Source: the human T2T-CHM13v2.0 reference genome, Homo sapiens. Taken from it: a stretch of 64,000 nucleotides of DNA. The translations under genes were made by a program, and so were the position numbers. The DNA lies in contig CP086569.2 in NCBI GenBank assembly GCA_009914755.4, positions 47,424,001-47,488,000 of the forward strand. The letters run 5' to 3'. The notes beneath the pieces are model-generated. The model was not told the origin of the DNA. It searched no databases and worked only from the letters and a program-made list of their open reading frames with translations. Positions 1 to 13,281 of the stretch are shown in pieces. The first letter of the stretch is position 1, and each line of letters begins with the position of its first letter.

Positions 1-1
1 T

Positions 2-2652
2 GGAAATCACTCGAATAGAATGCAATTTAATAAAATAGGATCAAATGTAATAGAATGGAATGGAAAGGAATCGAAACGGAAGGAATGGAGACAGATGGAA
101 TGGAATGGAACAGAGAGCAATGGTATAGAATGGAATGGAATCATCTGGAATGGAATTGAATGGAATGGAATAATATGAAATGGAATGGAATGGAATGGAA
201 TGGAATGCCCTTGAATTAAATGGACTGGACTCGAACAGAGTGGAATGGAAAGTGTTGAGATAGAATGGAATGGACTCCTTTGGAATGGTCTAGTATGCAA
301 TGCAATCGACTGGCAGGGAATCAAAAGGAATGTAATCGAATGGATTGGACTGGAATGCAATGGACTCGAATAGATTGGAAACGGAATGCAAAGGAATGGA
401 ATGGAATAGTATGGAATGCAATGGAAGGGAATGGAGTGGAATAGACTAGAGTGGAATGGAATGGACTGGAAAGCAATGGACTGGAATGGAACTTTCTTGG
501 ATGGATTGGAATCAAACGGAATGGAATGTAATGCAATCAAATGGCATGGAATAAAATAGAATGAAAGAGAATCAAATGGAATTGAATCGAATGGAATCGA
601 ATGGATTGGAAAGGAATAGAATGGAATGGAATGGAATTGACTCAAATGGAATGGACTAGAATGGAATGGATTCGAATGGAATGGAATGTCATGGAATGGC
701 ATCAAATGGAATGGCATCAAATGGAATGGAATCGAATGCAATGGAATGCTATGGAATGGAATGGAATGCATTGGAATGGAATGTCCTCTAATGGAATGGA
801 TTCGAGTGGAATGGAATTGAATATAATGGAGTCGAATGAAATGGAATTGAAAGGAATGGGATCGAATACAATGGAATATACTGGAATGTAACGTAATGAA
901 CTCGAATGTAATTGACTGGAATGGAATGTACATGAATGGAATGTAATCGAATGGAAAGTAATCCAATGGAATAGAATCTAATGCAATAAAATCGACTCAG
1001 ATAGAGTAGAATGTAATGGAATGGAGTGCAGTGCAATGGAATGGAATGGAATGGAATGCAATGGAATGGAATGGAATGGAATGGAATGGAATGGAATGGA
1101 ATGGGATGGAATGGTATGGAATGGATAGTAATGGACTGGAGTGAAATGGACTGGAAAGGAATGGACTCAAATTGAAAGGGCTCGAAAGGAATGGAGTCAA
1201 ATGGAATGGTCTGGAATGGAATGAACACGAATGTAATGCAATCCAATAGAATGGAATCGAATGGCATGGAATATAAAGAAATGGAATCGAAGAGAATGGA
1301 AACAAATGGAATGGAATTGAATGGAATGGAATTGAATGGAATGTGAACGAATGGAGTGAAATTGTATGCAGTAGAAGAGAATAGAATGGAATGCAAGCGA
1401 AAGGAAAGGAATGGATTGGAATGGAATGGAATTCATTGGAATGGAAGGGAATGTAGTGTAATGGACAGGCCTGGAATAAAGTGGAATGCTACGGTCTCGA
1501 ATGGAATAAAAATGTATGGAATGGAATGCAATGAAACGGAATCGAATGTCATAGAATGTAATGGAATGCAAAAAAATGGAATCCAAAATCATTGAATGGA
1601 AAGGCTGGGTGTCGAAAGGAATTGACTCCAATGGAATGGAATCGAATGGAATGGAAGTGAATAGAATCGAACTAAATCGAATGGAATGGAATTGATAGGA
1701 ACGGAATGGAAAGGAATGCAATGATTTGGCATGGAATGGAATCGAATGGCATCGAATGGAATGGAATGGAATGCAATGGAATGGAATGTATTAGAATGTA
1801 ATGAACTTTAATGGAATGTACTCGAATGGATTCGACTGGAATGGAATGTTCTGGAAGTGAATGGACTCCAATGGAATGGATTCAAAAGGAATGGAATCGT
1901 ACGGAATGGAATCTAATGGAATGGAATTAAATGGAAATGAATCAAATTGAATAGCACGGAATTGAATTGAATGGAATGGAATGCAATGGAATCTAATGAA
2001 ACGGAAAGGAAAGGAATGGAATGGAATGGAATGGACTGGAATGGAAAGGAATCGAAACGAATGGAATGGAATCGAACTGAAGAGACTGGAATGGAATGCA
2101 CTGGAATGGAAGGGAGTGTAATGGAAGGTTCTCGAAAAAAATGGAATCGAATGGAATGGAATTGAATGGAACGGAATAGAGTCGAATGGAATTGAATGGA
2201 ATGGAATGGACTAGAGTGAAATGGAATCGAACCACAAGGAATGGACAGGAATAGAATGGTCTCGAATTGAATGGAATCGTATGGAATGGCATCAAACGGA
2301 ATGGAATGGACAGCCACGGAATGGAATGCACTCGAATGCAATGGAGTCGAAACTAATGGACTGGAATAGAATGGACTCGACTGGTATGGACTCCAATGGA
2401 ATGGAATCGAATGGAAGGGAATCGAACGGAATGGACTCGAAGGGAAAAGACTGCAATGGAAAGGTCTCGAATGGAATGGAAATTAATGGAATGGAATGGA
2501 ATCGAATGAAATGGAGTCAAAAGGAATGGAATCGAATGGCAAGAAATCGAATGTAATGGAATCGCAAGGAATTGATGTGAACGGAACGGAATGGAATGGA
2601 ATCCAAAGGAATGGAATAGAATGGAATGGAATCGAATGGAAAGGACTCGAAT
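2..2652 (+). repeat. HOR unit U1 (2651 bp). Deletion variant A: lacks about 0.9 kb found in canonical units
   Basis: Anchor motif at 2 and next anchor at 2653. After GGACTAGAATGGAATGGATTCGAATGG (~665-680) the sequence jumps straight to AATGGAATGTCATGGAATGGCATCAAATGG, which lies about 900 bp further on in canonical units (compare 13972 to ~14872 in U5). Confidence 0.85.
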
Positions 2653-5600
2653 GGAAATCACTCGAATAGAATGCAATTTAATAAAATAGGATCAAATGTA
2701 ATGGAATGGAATGGAAAGGAATCGAAACGAAAGGAATGGAGACAGATGGAATGGAATGGAACAGAGAGCAATGGTATAGAATGGAATGGAATCATCTGGA
2801 ATGGAATTGAATGGAATGGAATAATATGAAATGGAATGGAATGGAATGGAATGGAATGCCCTTGAATTAAATGGACTGGAATGGAATGGACTCGAACAGA
2901 GTGGAATGGAAAGTGTTGACATAGAATGGAATGGACTCCTTTGGAATGGTGTACTATGCAATGCAATCGACTGGCAGGGAATCAAAAGGAATGTAATCGA
3001 ATGGATTGGACTGGAATGCAATGGACTCGAATAGATTGCAAACGGAATGCAAAGGAATGGAATGGAATAGTATGGAATGGAATGGAAAGGAATGGAGTGG
3101 AATAGACTAGAGTGGAATGGAATGGACTGGAAAGCAATGGACTGGAATGGAACTTTCTTGAATGGACTGGAATCAAACGGAATGGAATGCAATGCAATCA
3201 AAAGGCATGGAATAAAATAGAATGAAAGAGAATCAAATGGAATTGAATCGAATGGAATCGAATGGATTGGAAAGGAACAGAATGGAATGGAATGGAATGG
3301 ACTAGAATGGAATGGATTCGAATGGAAGGCAAAGGAATGGAATCTATTGGAATGGACTGTAATGGAATGGAATGGAAGGGATTGGAATGGACTCGAATGG
3401 AATGGACTGCAATAGAAAGGATTCGAATGGAATGAAAAAGAATTGAATGGAATAGAACAGAATGGAATCAAATCGAATGAAATGGAATGGAATAGAAAGG
3501 AATGGAATGAAATGGAATGGAAAGGATTCGAATGGAATGCAATCGAATGGAATGGAATCGAACGGAATGGAATAAAATGGAAGAAAACTGGCAAGAAAGG
3601 GAATCGATATGAATGGAGTTTTATGGAACGGACTCAAAAGGAATTGAATGTAATAGAATGGAGTGGAGTGGACTCGAATATAATGGACTGGAATGGAATG
3701 AAATCACATGGAATGGGAACGAATGGAATGGAATGGAAAGGAATGGAATCGAATGGAAAGGAATCGAATGGAAGGGAATGAAATTGAATCAACAGGAATG
3801 GAAGGGAATAGAATAGACGGTAATGGAAGGGACTCGAATAGAATGGACACGAATGCTCAAATTGAATGGACTCGAATGGAATGGAAACGAAAGGAATGTC
3901 ATCGAATGGAATTGAATCGATTGGAATGAAATTGCATAGAATGGAGTGGAATCAAATGGAATTGAATCGAAAGGAAAGGAAGCGAATGGACTGAAATGAA
4001 ATGGAATGGAATTGAATGGAAAGTAATGCAATGGAATAGAATGGAACGAAATTTCACGGAATGGAATCAAACTGAATGGAATCAAATCAATGGAATCCAA
4101 TCAAATGGAATGGAGTAGATTGGATTGGATGGGATTGGAATGAAATGTACTGGAAAGGACTCGAATTTCATGAAACGGAATGGAATGAATTGGAACGGAA
4201 TGGACTCGAATGGAATGGAATGTCATAGAATGGCATCAAATGGAATGGCATCAAATGGAATGGAATAGAATGCAATGGAATGCTATGGAATGGAATGGAA
4301 TGTATTGGAATGGAATGTCCTCTAATGGAATGGATTCGAGTGGAATGGAATCGAATATAATGGAGTCGAATGAAATGGAATTGAAAGGAATGGGATCGAA
4401 TACAATGGAATATACTGGAATGTAATGTAATGAACTGGAATGTAATTGACTGGAATGGAATGTACATGAATGGAATGTAATCGAATGGAAAGTAATCCAA
4501 TGGAATAGAATCTAATGCAATAAAATCGACTCAGATAGAGTAGAATGTAATGGAATGGAGTGCAGTGCAATGGAATGGAATGGAATGGAATGCAATGGAA
4601 TGGAATGGAATGGAATGGAATGGAATGGAATGGAATGGAATGGGATGGAATGGTATGGAATGGATAGTAATGGACTGGAGTGAAATGGACTGGAAAGGAA
4701 TGGACTCAAATTGAAAGGGCTCGAAAGGAATGGAGTCAAATGGAATGGTCTGGAATGGAATGAACACGAATGTAATGCAATCCAATAGAATGGAATCGAA
4801 TGGCATGGAATATAAAGAAATGGAATCGAAGAGAATGGAAACAAATGGAATGGAATTGAATGGAATGGAATTGAATGGAATGGGAACGAATGGAGTGAAA
4901 TTGTATGCAGTAGAAGGGAATAGAATGGAATGCAAGCGAAAGGAAAGGAATGGATTGGAATGGAATGGAATTCATTGGAATGGAAGGGAATGTAGTGTAA
5001 TGGACAGGCCTGGAATAAAGTGGAATGCTACGGTCTCGAATGGAATAAAAATGTATGGAATGGAATGCAATCAAACGGAATCGAATGTCATAGAATGTAA
5101 TGGAATGCAAAAAAATGGAATCCAAAATCATTGACTGGAAAGGCTGGGTGTCGAAAGGAATTGACTGCAATGGAATGGAATCAAATGGAATGGAAGTGAA
5201 TAGAATCGAACTAAATCGAATGGAATGGAATTGATAGGAACGGAATGGAAAGGAATGCAATGATTTGGCATGGAATGGAATCGAATGGCATCGAATGGAA
5301 TGGAATGGAATGCAATGGAATGGAATGTATTAGAATGTAATGAACATTAGTGGAATGTACTCGAAAGGATTCGACTGGAATGGAATGTTCTGGAAGTGAA
5401 TGGACTCCAATAGAATGGATTCGAAAGGAATGGAATCGAACGGAATGGATTCTAATGGAATGGAATTAAATGGAAATGAATCAAATTGAATAGCACGGAA
5501 TTGAATTGAATGGAATCGAATGCAATGGAATCTAATGAAACGGAAAGGAAAGAATGGAATGGAATAGAATGGGCTGGAATGGAAAGGAATCGAAACGAAT

Positions 5601-6190
5601 GGAATGGAAGCGAACTGAAGAGACTGGAATGGAATGCACTGGAATGGAAGGGAGTGTAATGGAAGGTTCTCGAAAAAAATGGAATCGAATGGAATGGAAT
5701 TGAATGGAACGGAATAGAGTCGAATGGAATTGAATGGAATGGAATGGACTAGAATGAAATGGAATCGAACCACAAGGAATGGACATGAATAGAATGGTCT
5801 CGAATTGAATGGAATCGTATGGAATGGCATCAAACGGAATGGAATGGACAGCCACGGAATGGAATGCACTCGAATGCAATGGAGTCGAAACTAATGGACT
5901 GGAATAGAATGGACTCGACTGGTACGGACTCCAATGGAATGGAATCGAATGGAAGGGAATCGAACAGAATGGACTCGAAGGGAAAAGACTGTAATGGAAA
6001 GGTCTCGAATGGAATGGAAATTAATGGGATGGAATGGAATCGAATGAAATGGAGTCAGAAGGAATGGAATCGAATGGCAAGAAATCGAATGTAATGGAAT
6101 CGCAAGGAATTGATGTGAACGGAACGGAATGGAATGGAATCCAAAGGAATGGAATAGAATGGAATGGAATCGAATGGAAAGGACTCGAAT
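2653..6190 (+). repeat. HOR unit U2 (3538 bp), full length
   Basis: Anchor-to-anchor spacing. All landmark motifs present in canonical order. Shares private variants with U12 (GTGTACTATG, ATTGCAAACGG, GGCAAGAAAGGGAATCGATATG, GTCATAGAATGGCATC). Confidence 0.85.
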
Positions 6191-9100
6191 GGAAATCACT
6201 CGAATAGAATGCAATTTAATAAAATAGGATCAAATGTAATAGAATGGAATGGAAAGGAATCGAAACGGAAGGAATGGAGACAGATGGAATGGAATGGAAC
6301 AGAGAGCAATGGTATAGAATGGAATGGAATCATCTGGAATGGAATTGAATGGAATGGAATAATATGAAATGGAATGGAATGGAATGGAATGGAATGCCCT
6401 TGAATTAAATGGACTGGACTCGAACAGAGTGGAATGGAAAGTGTTGAGATAGAATGGAATGGACTCCTTTGGAATGGTGTAGTATGCAATGCAATCCACT
6501 GGCAGGGAATCAAAAGGAATGTAATCGAATGGATTAGACTGGAATGCAATGGACTCGAATAGATTGGAAACGGAATGCAAAGGAATGGAATGGAATAGTA
6601 TGGAATGCAATGGAAGGGAATGGAGTGGAATAGACTAGAGTGGAATGGAATGGACTGGAAAGCAATGGACTGGAATGGAACTTTCTTGCATGGATTGGAA
6701 TCAAACGGAATGGAATGCAATGCAATCAAATGGCATGGAATAAAATAGAATGAAAGAGAATCAAATGGAATTGAATCGAATGGAATCGAATGGATTGGAA
6801 AGGAATAGAATGGAATGGAATGGAATTGACTCAAATGGAATGGACTAGAATGGAATGGATTCGAATGGAAGGCAAAGGAATGGAATCTATTGGAATGGAC
6901 TGTAATGGAATGGAATGGAAGGGATTGGAATGGACTCGAATGGAATGGACTGCAATAGAAAGGATTCGAATGGAATGAAAAAGAATTGAATGGAATAGAA
7001 CAGAATGGAATCAAATCGAATGAAATGGAATGGAATAGAAAGGAATGGAATGAAATGGAATGGAAAGGATTCGAATGGAATGCAATCGAATGGAATGGAA
7101 TCGAACGGAATGGAATAAAATGGAAGAAAACTGGCAAGAAATGGAATCGAAATGAATGGAGTGTTATGGAACGGACTCAAAAGGAATTGAATGTAATAGA
7201 ATGGAGTGGAGTGGACTCGAATATAATGGACTGGAATGGAATGAAATCACATGGAATGGGAACGAATGGAATGGAATGGAAAGGAATGGAATCGAATGGA
7301 AAGGAATCGAATGGAAGGGAATGAAATTGAATCAACACGAATGGAAGGGAATAGAATAGACTGTAATGGAATGGACTCGAATAGAATGGACACGAATGCT
7401 CAAATTAAATGGACTCGAATGGAATGGAAACGAAAGGAATGTCATCGAATGGAATTGAATCGATTGGAATGAAATCGCATAGAATGGAGTGGAATCAAAT
7501 GGAATTGAATCGAAAGGAAAGAAGCGAATGGACTGAAATGAAATGGAATGGAATTGAATGGAAAGTAATGCAATGGAATAGAATGGAACGAAATTTCACG
7601 GAATGGAATCAAACTGAATGGAATCAAATCAATGGAATCAAATCAAATGGAATGGAAAGGAATTGAATGGAGTAGATGGGATTGGATGGGATTGGAATGA
7701 AATGTACTGGAAAGGACTCGAATTTCATGAAACGGAATGGAATGAATTGGAACGGAATGGACTCGAATAGAATGGAATGTCATGGGATGGCATCAAATGG
7801 AATGGCATCATATGGAATGGAATCGAATGCAATGGAATGCTATGGAATGGAATGGAATGCATTGGAATGGAATGTCCTCTAATGGAATGGATTCGAGTGG
7901 AATGGAATTGAATATAATGGAGTCGAATGAAATGGAATTGAAAGGAATGGGATCGAATACAATGGAATATACTGGAATGTAACGTAATGAACTCGAATGT
8001 AATTGACTGGAATGGAATGTACATGAATGGAATGTAATCGAATGGAAAGTAATCCAATGGAATAGAATCTAATGCAATAAAATCGACTCAGATAGAGTAG
8101 AATGTAATGGAATGGAGTGCAGTGCAATGGAATGGAATGGAATGGAATGCAATGGAATGGAATGGAATGGAATGCAATGGAATGGAATGGAATGGAATGG
8201 AATGGGATGGAATGGTATGGAATGGATAGTAATGGACTGGAGTGAAATGGACTGGAAAGGAATGGACTCAAATTGAAAGGGCTCGAAAGGAATGGAGTCA
8301 AATGGAATGGTATGGAATGGAATGAACACGAATGTAATGCAACCCAATAGAATGGAATCGAATGGCATGGAATATAAAGAAATGGAATCGAAGAGAATGG
8401 AAACAAATGGAATGGAATTGAATGGAATGGAATTGAATGGAATGTGAACGAATGGAGTGAAATTGTATGCAGTAGAAGAGAATAGAATGGAATGCAAGCG
8501 AAAGGAAAGGAATGGATTGGAATGGAATGGAATTCATTGGAATGGAAGGGAATGTAGTGTAATGGACAGGCCTGGAATAAAGTGGAATGCTACGGTCTCG
8601 AATGGAATAAAAATGTATGGAATGGAATGCAATGAAACGGAATCGAATGTCATAGAATGTAATGGAATGCAAAAAAATGGAATCCAAAATCATTGACTGG
8701 AAAGGCTGGGTGTCGAAAGGAATTGACTCCAATGGAATGGAATCGAATGGAATGGAAGTGAATAGAATCGAACTAAATCGAATGGAATGGAATTGATAGG
8801 AACGGAATGGAAAGGAATGCAATGATTTGGCATGGAATGGAATCGAATGGCATCGAATGGAATGGAATGCAATGCAATGGAATGGAATGTATTAGAATGT
8901 AATGAACTTTAATGGAATGTACTCGAATGGATTCGACTGGAATGGAATGTTCTGGAAGTGAATGGACTCCAATGGAATGGATTCAAAAGGAATGGAATCG
9001 TACGGAATGGAATCTAATGGAATGGAATTAAATGGAAATGAATCAAATTGAATAGCACGGAATTGAATTGAATGGAATGGAATGCAATGGAATCTAATGA

Positions 9101-9768
9101 AACGGAAAGGAAAGGAATGGAATGGAATGGAATGGACTGGAATGGAAAGGAATCGAAACGAATGGAATGGAATCGAACTGAAGAGACTGGAATGGAATGC
9201 ACTGGAATGGAAGGGAGTGTAATGGAAGGTTCTCGAAAAAAATGGAATCGAATGGAATGGAATTGAATGGAACGGAATAGAGTCGAATGGAATTGAATGG
9301 AATGGAATGGACTAGAGTGAAATGGAATCGAACCACAAGGAATGGACAGGAATAGAATGGTCTCGAATTGAATGGAATCGTATGGAATGGCATCAAACGG
9401 AATGGAATGGACAGCCACGGAATGGAATGCACTCGAATGCAATGGAGTCGAAACTAATGGACTGGAATAGAATGGACTCGACTGGTACGGACTCCAATGG
9501 AATGGAATCGAATGGAAGGGAATCGAACGGAAGGGAATCGAACGGAATGGACTCGAAGGGAAAAGACTGCAATGGAAAGGTCTCGAATGGAATGGAAATT
9601 AATGGAATGGAATGGAATCGAATGAAATGGAGTCAAAAGGAATGGAATCGAATGGCAAGAAATGGAATGTAATGGAATCGCCAGGAATTGATGTGAACGG
9701 AGCGGAATGGAATGGAATCCAAAGGAATGGAATAGAATGGAATGGAATCGAATGGAAAGGACTCGAAT
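6191..9768 (+). repeat. HOR unit U3 (3578 bp), full length
   Basis: Anchor spacing. Subtype with GACTGGACTCGAACAGAGTGG (lacks one AATGGAATGG) and GCAATGGAAGGG, shared with U1, U10, U13, U14 and U19. Confidence 0.85.
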
Positions 9769-12700
9769 GGAAATCACTCGAATAGAATGCAATTTAATAA
9801 AATAGGATCAAATGTAATGGAATGGAATGGAAAGGAATCGAAAGGAAAGGAATGGAGACAGATGGAATGGAATGGAACAGAGAGCAATGGTATAGAATGG
9901 AATGGAATCATCTGGAATGGAATTGAATGGAATGGAATGGAATGCCCTTGAATTAAATGGACTGGAATGGAATGGACTCAAACAGAGTGGAATGGAAAGT
10001 GTTGAGATAGAATGGAATGAACTCCTTTGGAATGGTCTAGTAGGCAATGCAATCGACTGGCAGGGAATCAAAAGGAATGTAATCGAATGGATTGGACTGG
10101 AATGCAATGGACTCGAATAGATTGGAAACGGAATGCAAAGGAATGGAATGGAATAGTATGGAATGGAATGGAAAGGAATGGAGTGGAATAGACTAGAGTG
10201 GAATGGAATGGACTGGAAAGCAATGGACTGGAATGGAACTTTCTTGAATGGACTGGAATCAAACGGAATGGAATGCAATGCAATCAAATGGCATGGAATA
10301 AAATAGAATGAAAGAGAATCAAATGGAATTGAATCGAATGGAATCGAATGGATTGGAAAGGAATAGAACGGAATGGAATGGAATTGACTCAAATGGAATG
10401 GACTAGAATGGAATGGATTCGAATGGAAGGCAAAGGAATGGAATCTATTGGAATGGACTGTAATGGAATGGAATGGAAGGGATTGGAATGGACTCGAATG
10501 GAATGGACTGCAATAGAAAGGATTCGAATGGAATGAAAAAGAATTGAAAGGAATAGAACAGAATGGAATCAAATCGAATGAAATGGAATGGAATAGAAAG
10601 GAATGGAATGAAATGGAATGAAAAGGATTCCAATGGAATGCAATCGAATGGAATGGAATCGAACGGAATGGAATAAAATGGAAGAAAACTGGCAATAAAT
10701 GGAATCGAAAGGAATGGAGTGTTATGGAACGGACTCAAAAGGAATTGAATGTAATAGAATGGAGTGGAGTGGACTCGAATATAATGGACTGGAATGGAAT
10801 GAAATCACATGGAATGGGAACGAATGGAATGGAATGGAAAGGAATGGAATCGAATGGAAAGGAATCGAATGGAGGGAATGAAATTGAATCAACAGGAATG
10901 GAAGGGAATAGAATAGACGGTAATGGAATGGACTCGAATAGAATGGACACGAATGCTCAAATTGAATGGACTCGAATGGAATGGAAACGAAAGGAATGTC
11001 ATCGAATGGAATTGAATCGATTGGAATGAAATCGCATAGAATGGAGTGGAATCAAATGGAATTGAATCGAAAGGAAAGGAAGCGAATGGACTGAAATGAA
11101 ATGGAATGGAATTGAATGGAAAGTAATGCAATGGAATAGAATGGAACGAAATTTCACGGAATGGAATCAAACTGAATGGAATCAAATCAATGGAATCAAA
11201 TCAAATGGAATGGAAAGGAATTGAATGGAGTAGATTGGATTGGATGGGATTGGAATGAAATGTACTGGAAAGGACTCGAATTTCATGAAACGGAATGGAA
11301 TGAATTGGAAAGGAATGGACTCGAATGGAATGGAATGTCATGGGATGGCATCAAATGGAATGGCATCAAATGGAATGGAATCGAATGCAATGGAATGCTA
11401 TGGAATGGAATGGAATGCATTGGAATGGAATGTCCTCTAATGGAATGGATTCGAGTGGAATGGAATTGAATATAATGGAGTCGAATGAAATGGAATTGAA
11501 AAGAATGGGATCGAATACAATGGAATATACTGGAATGTAACGTAATGAACTCGAATGTAATTGACTGGAATGGAATGTACATGAATGGAATGTAATCGAA
11601 TGGAAAGTAATCCAATGGAATAGAATCTAATGCAATAAAATCGACCCAGATAGAGTAGAATGTAATGGAATGGAGTGTTGTGCAATGGAATGGAATGGAA
11701 TGGAATGCAATGGAATGGAATGGAATGGAATGGGATGGAATGGTATGGAATGGATAGTAATGGACTGGAGTGAAATGGACTGGAAAGGAATGGACTCAAA
11801 TTGAAAGGGCACGAAAGGAATGGAGTCAAATGGAATGGTCTGGAATGGAATGAACACGAATGTAATGCAACCCAATAGAATGGAATCGAATGGCATGGAA
11901 TATAAAGAAATGGAATCGAAGAGAATGGAAACAAATGGAATGGAATTGAATGGAATGGGAACGAATGGAGTGAAATTGTATGCAGTAGAAGAGAATAGAA
12001 TGGAATGCAAGCGAAAGGAAAGGAATGGATTGGAATGGAATGGAATTCATTGGAATGGAAGGGAATGTAGTGTAATGGACAGGCCTGGAATAAAGTGGAA
12101 TGCTACGGTCTCGAATGGAATAAAAATGTATGGAATGGAATGCAATGAAACGGAATCGAATGTCATAGAATGTAATGGAATGCAAAAAAATGGAATCCAA
12201 AATCATTGACTGGAAAGGCTGGGTGTCGAAAGGAATTGACTCCAATGGAATGGAATCGAATGGAATGGAAGTGAATAGAATCGAACTAAATCGAATGGAA
12301 TGGAATTGATAGGAACGGAATGGAAAGGAATGCAATGATTTGGCATGGAATGGAATCGAATGGCATCGAATGGAATGGAATGGAATGCAATGGAATGGAA
12401 TGTATTAGAATGGAATGAACTTTAATGGAATGTACTCGAATGGATTCGACTGGAATGGAATGTTCTGGAAGTGAATGGACTCCAATGGAATGGATTCAAA
12501 AGGAATGGAATCGTACGGAATGGAATCTAATGGAATGGAATTAAATGGAAATGAATCAAATTGAATAGCACGGAATTGAATTGAATGGAATGGAATGCAA
12601 TGCAATCTAATGAAACGGAAAGGAAAGGAATGGAATGGAATGGAATGGGCTGGAATGGAAAGGAATCGAAACGAATGGAATGGAATCGAACTGAAGAGAC

Positions 12701-13281
12701 TGGAATGGAATGCACTGGAATGGAAGGGAGTGTAATGGAAGGTTCTCGAAAAAAATGGAATCGAATGGAATGGAATTGAATGGAACGGAATAGAGTCGAA
12801 TGGAATTGAATGGAATGGAATGGACTAGAGTGAAATGGAATCGAACCACAAGGAATGGACAGGAATAGAATGGTCTCGAATTGAATGGAATCGTATGGAA
12901 TGGCATCAAACGGAATGGAATGGACAGCCACGGAATGGAATGCACTCGAATGCAATGAAGTCGAAACTAACGGACTGGAATAGAATGGACTCGACTGGTA
13001 CGGACTCCAATGGAATGGAATCGAATGGAAGGGAATCGAACGGAAGGGAATCGAACGGAATGGACTCGAAGGGAAAAGACTGCAATGGAAAGGTCTCGAA
13101 TGGAATGGAAATTAATGGAATGGAATGGAATCGAATGAAATGGAGTCAAAAGGAATGGAATCGAATGGCAAGAAATCGAATGTAATGGAATCGCAAGGAA
13201 TTGATGTGAACGGAACGGAATGGAATGGAATCCAAAGGAATGGAATAGAATGGAATGGAATCGAATGGAAAGGACTCGAAT
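9769..13281 (+). repeat. HOR unit U4 (3513 bp)
   Basis: Anchor spacing. Lacks the 15-bp AATAATATGAAATGG segment before GAATGCCCTTG (~9925-9950). U8 has the same deletion and the same length. Confidence 0.85.

Noticed and set aside
671-690. The two ~0.9 kb deletions as evidence of an ancient ~0.9 kb sub-repeat inside the HOR
   Set aside because: The deleted segments (about +0.69 to +1.59 kb and +2.53 to +3.42 kb) share no similarity I could see beyond the generic pentamer. The similar sizes (900 and 885 bp) may be coincidence. A self dot plot would be needed before this idea is worth claiming.
7-966. Long minus-strand ORF of 319 aa (also 31049..32008, and many others of 60-313 aa on both strands)
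   Set aside because: Perfect GGAAT/ATTCC repeats contain no stop codon in any frame. The translations are cyclic low-complexity peptides (IPFHSIPFHS on -, MEWNGMEWNG on +) that overlap one another on both strands and repeat with the 3.5 kb HOR period. They are composition artefacts and not genes.
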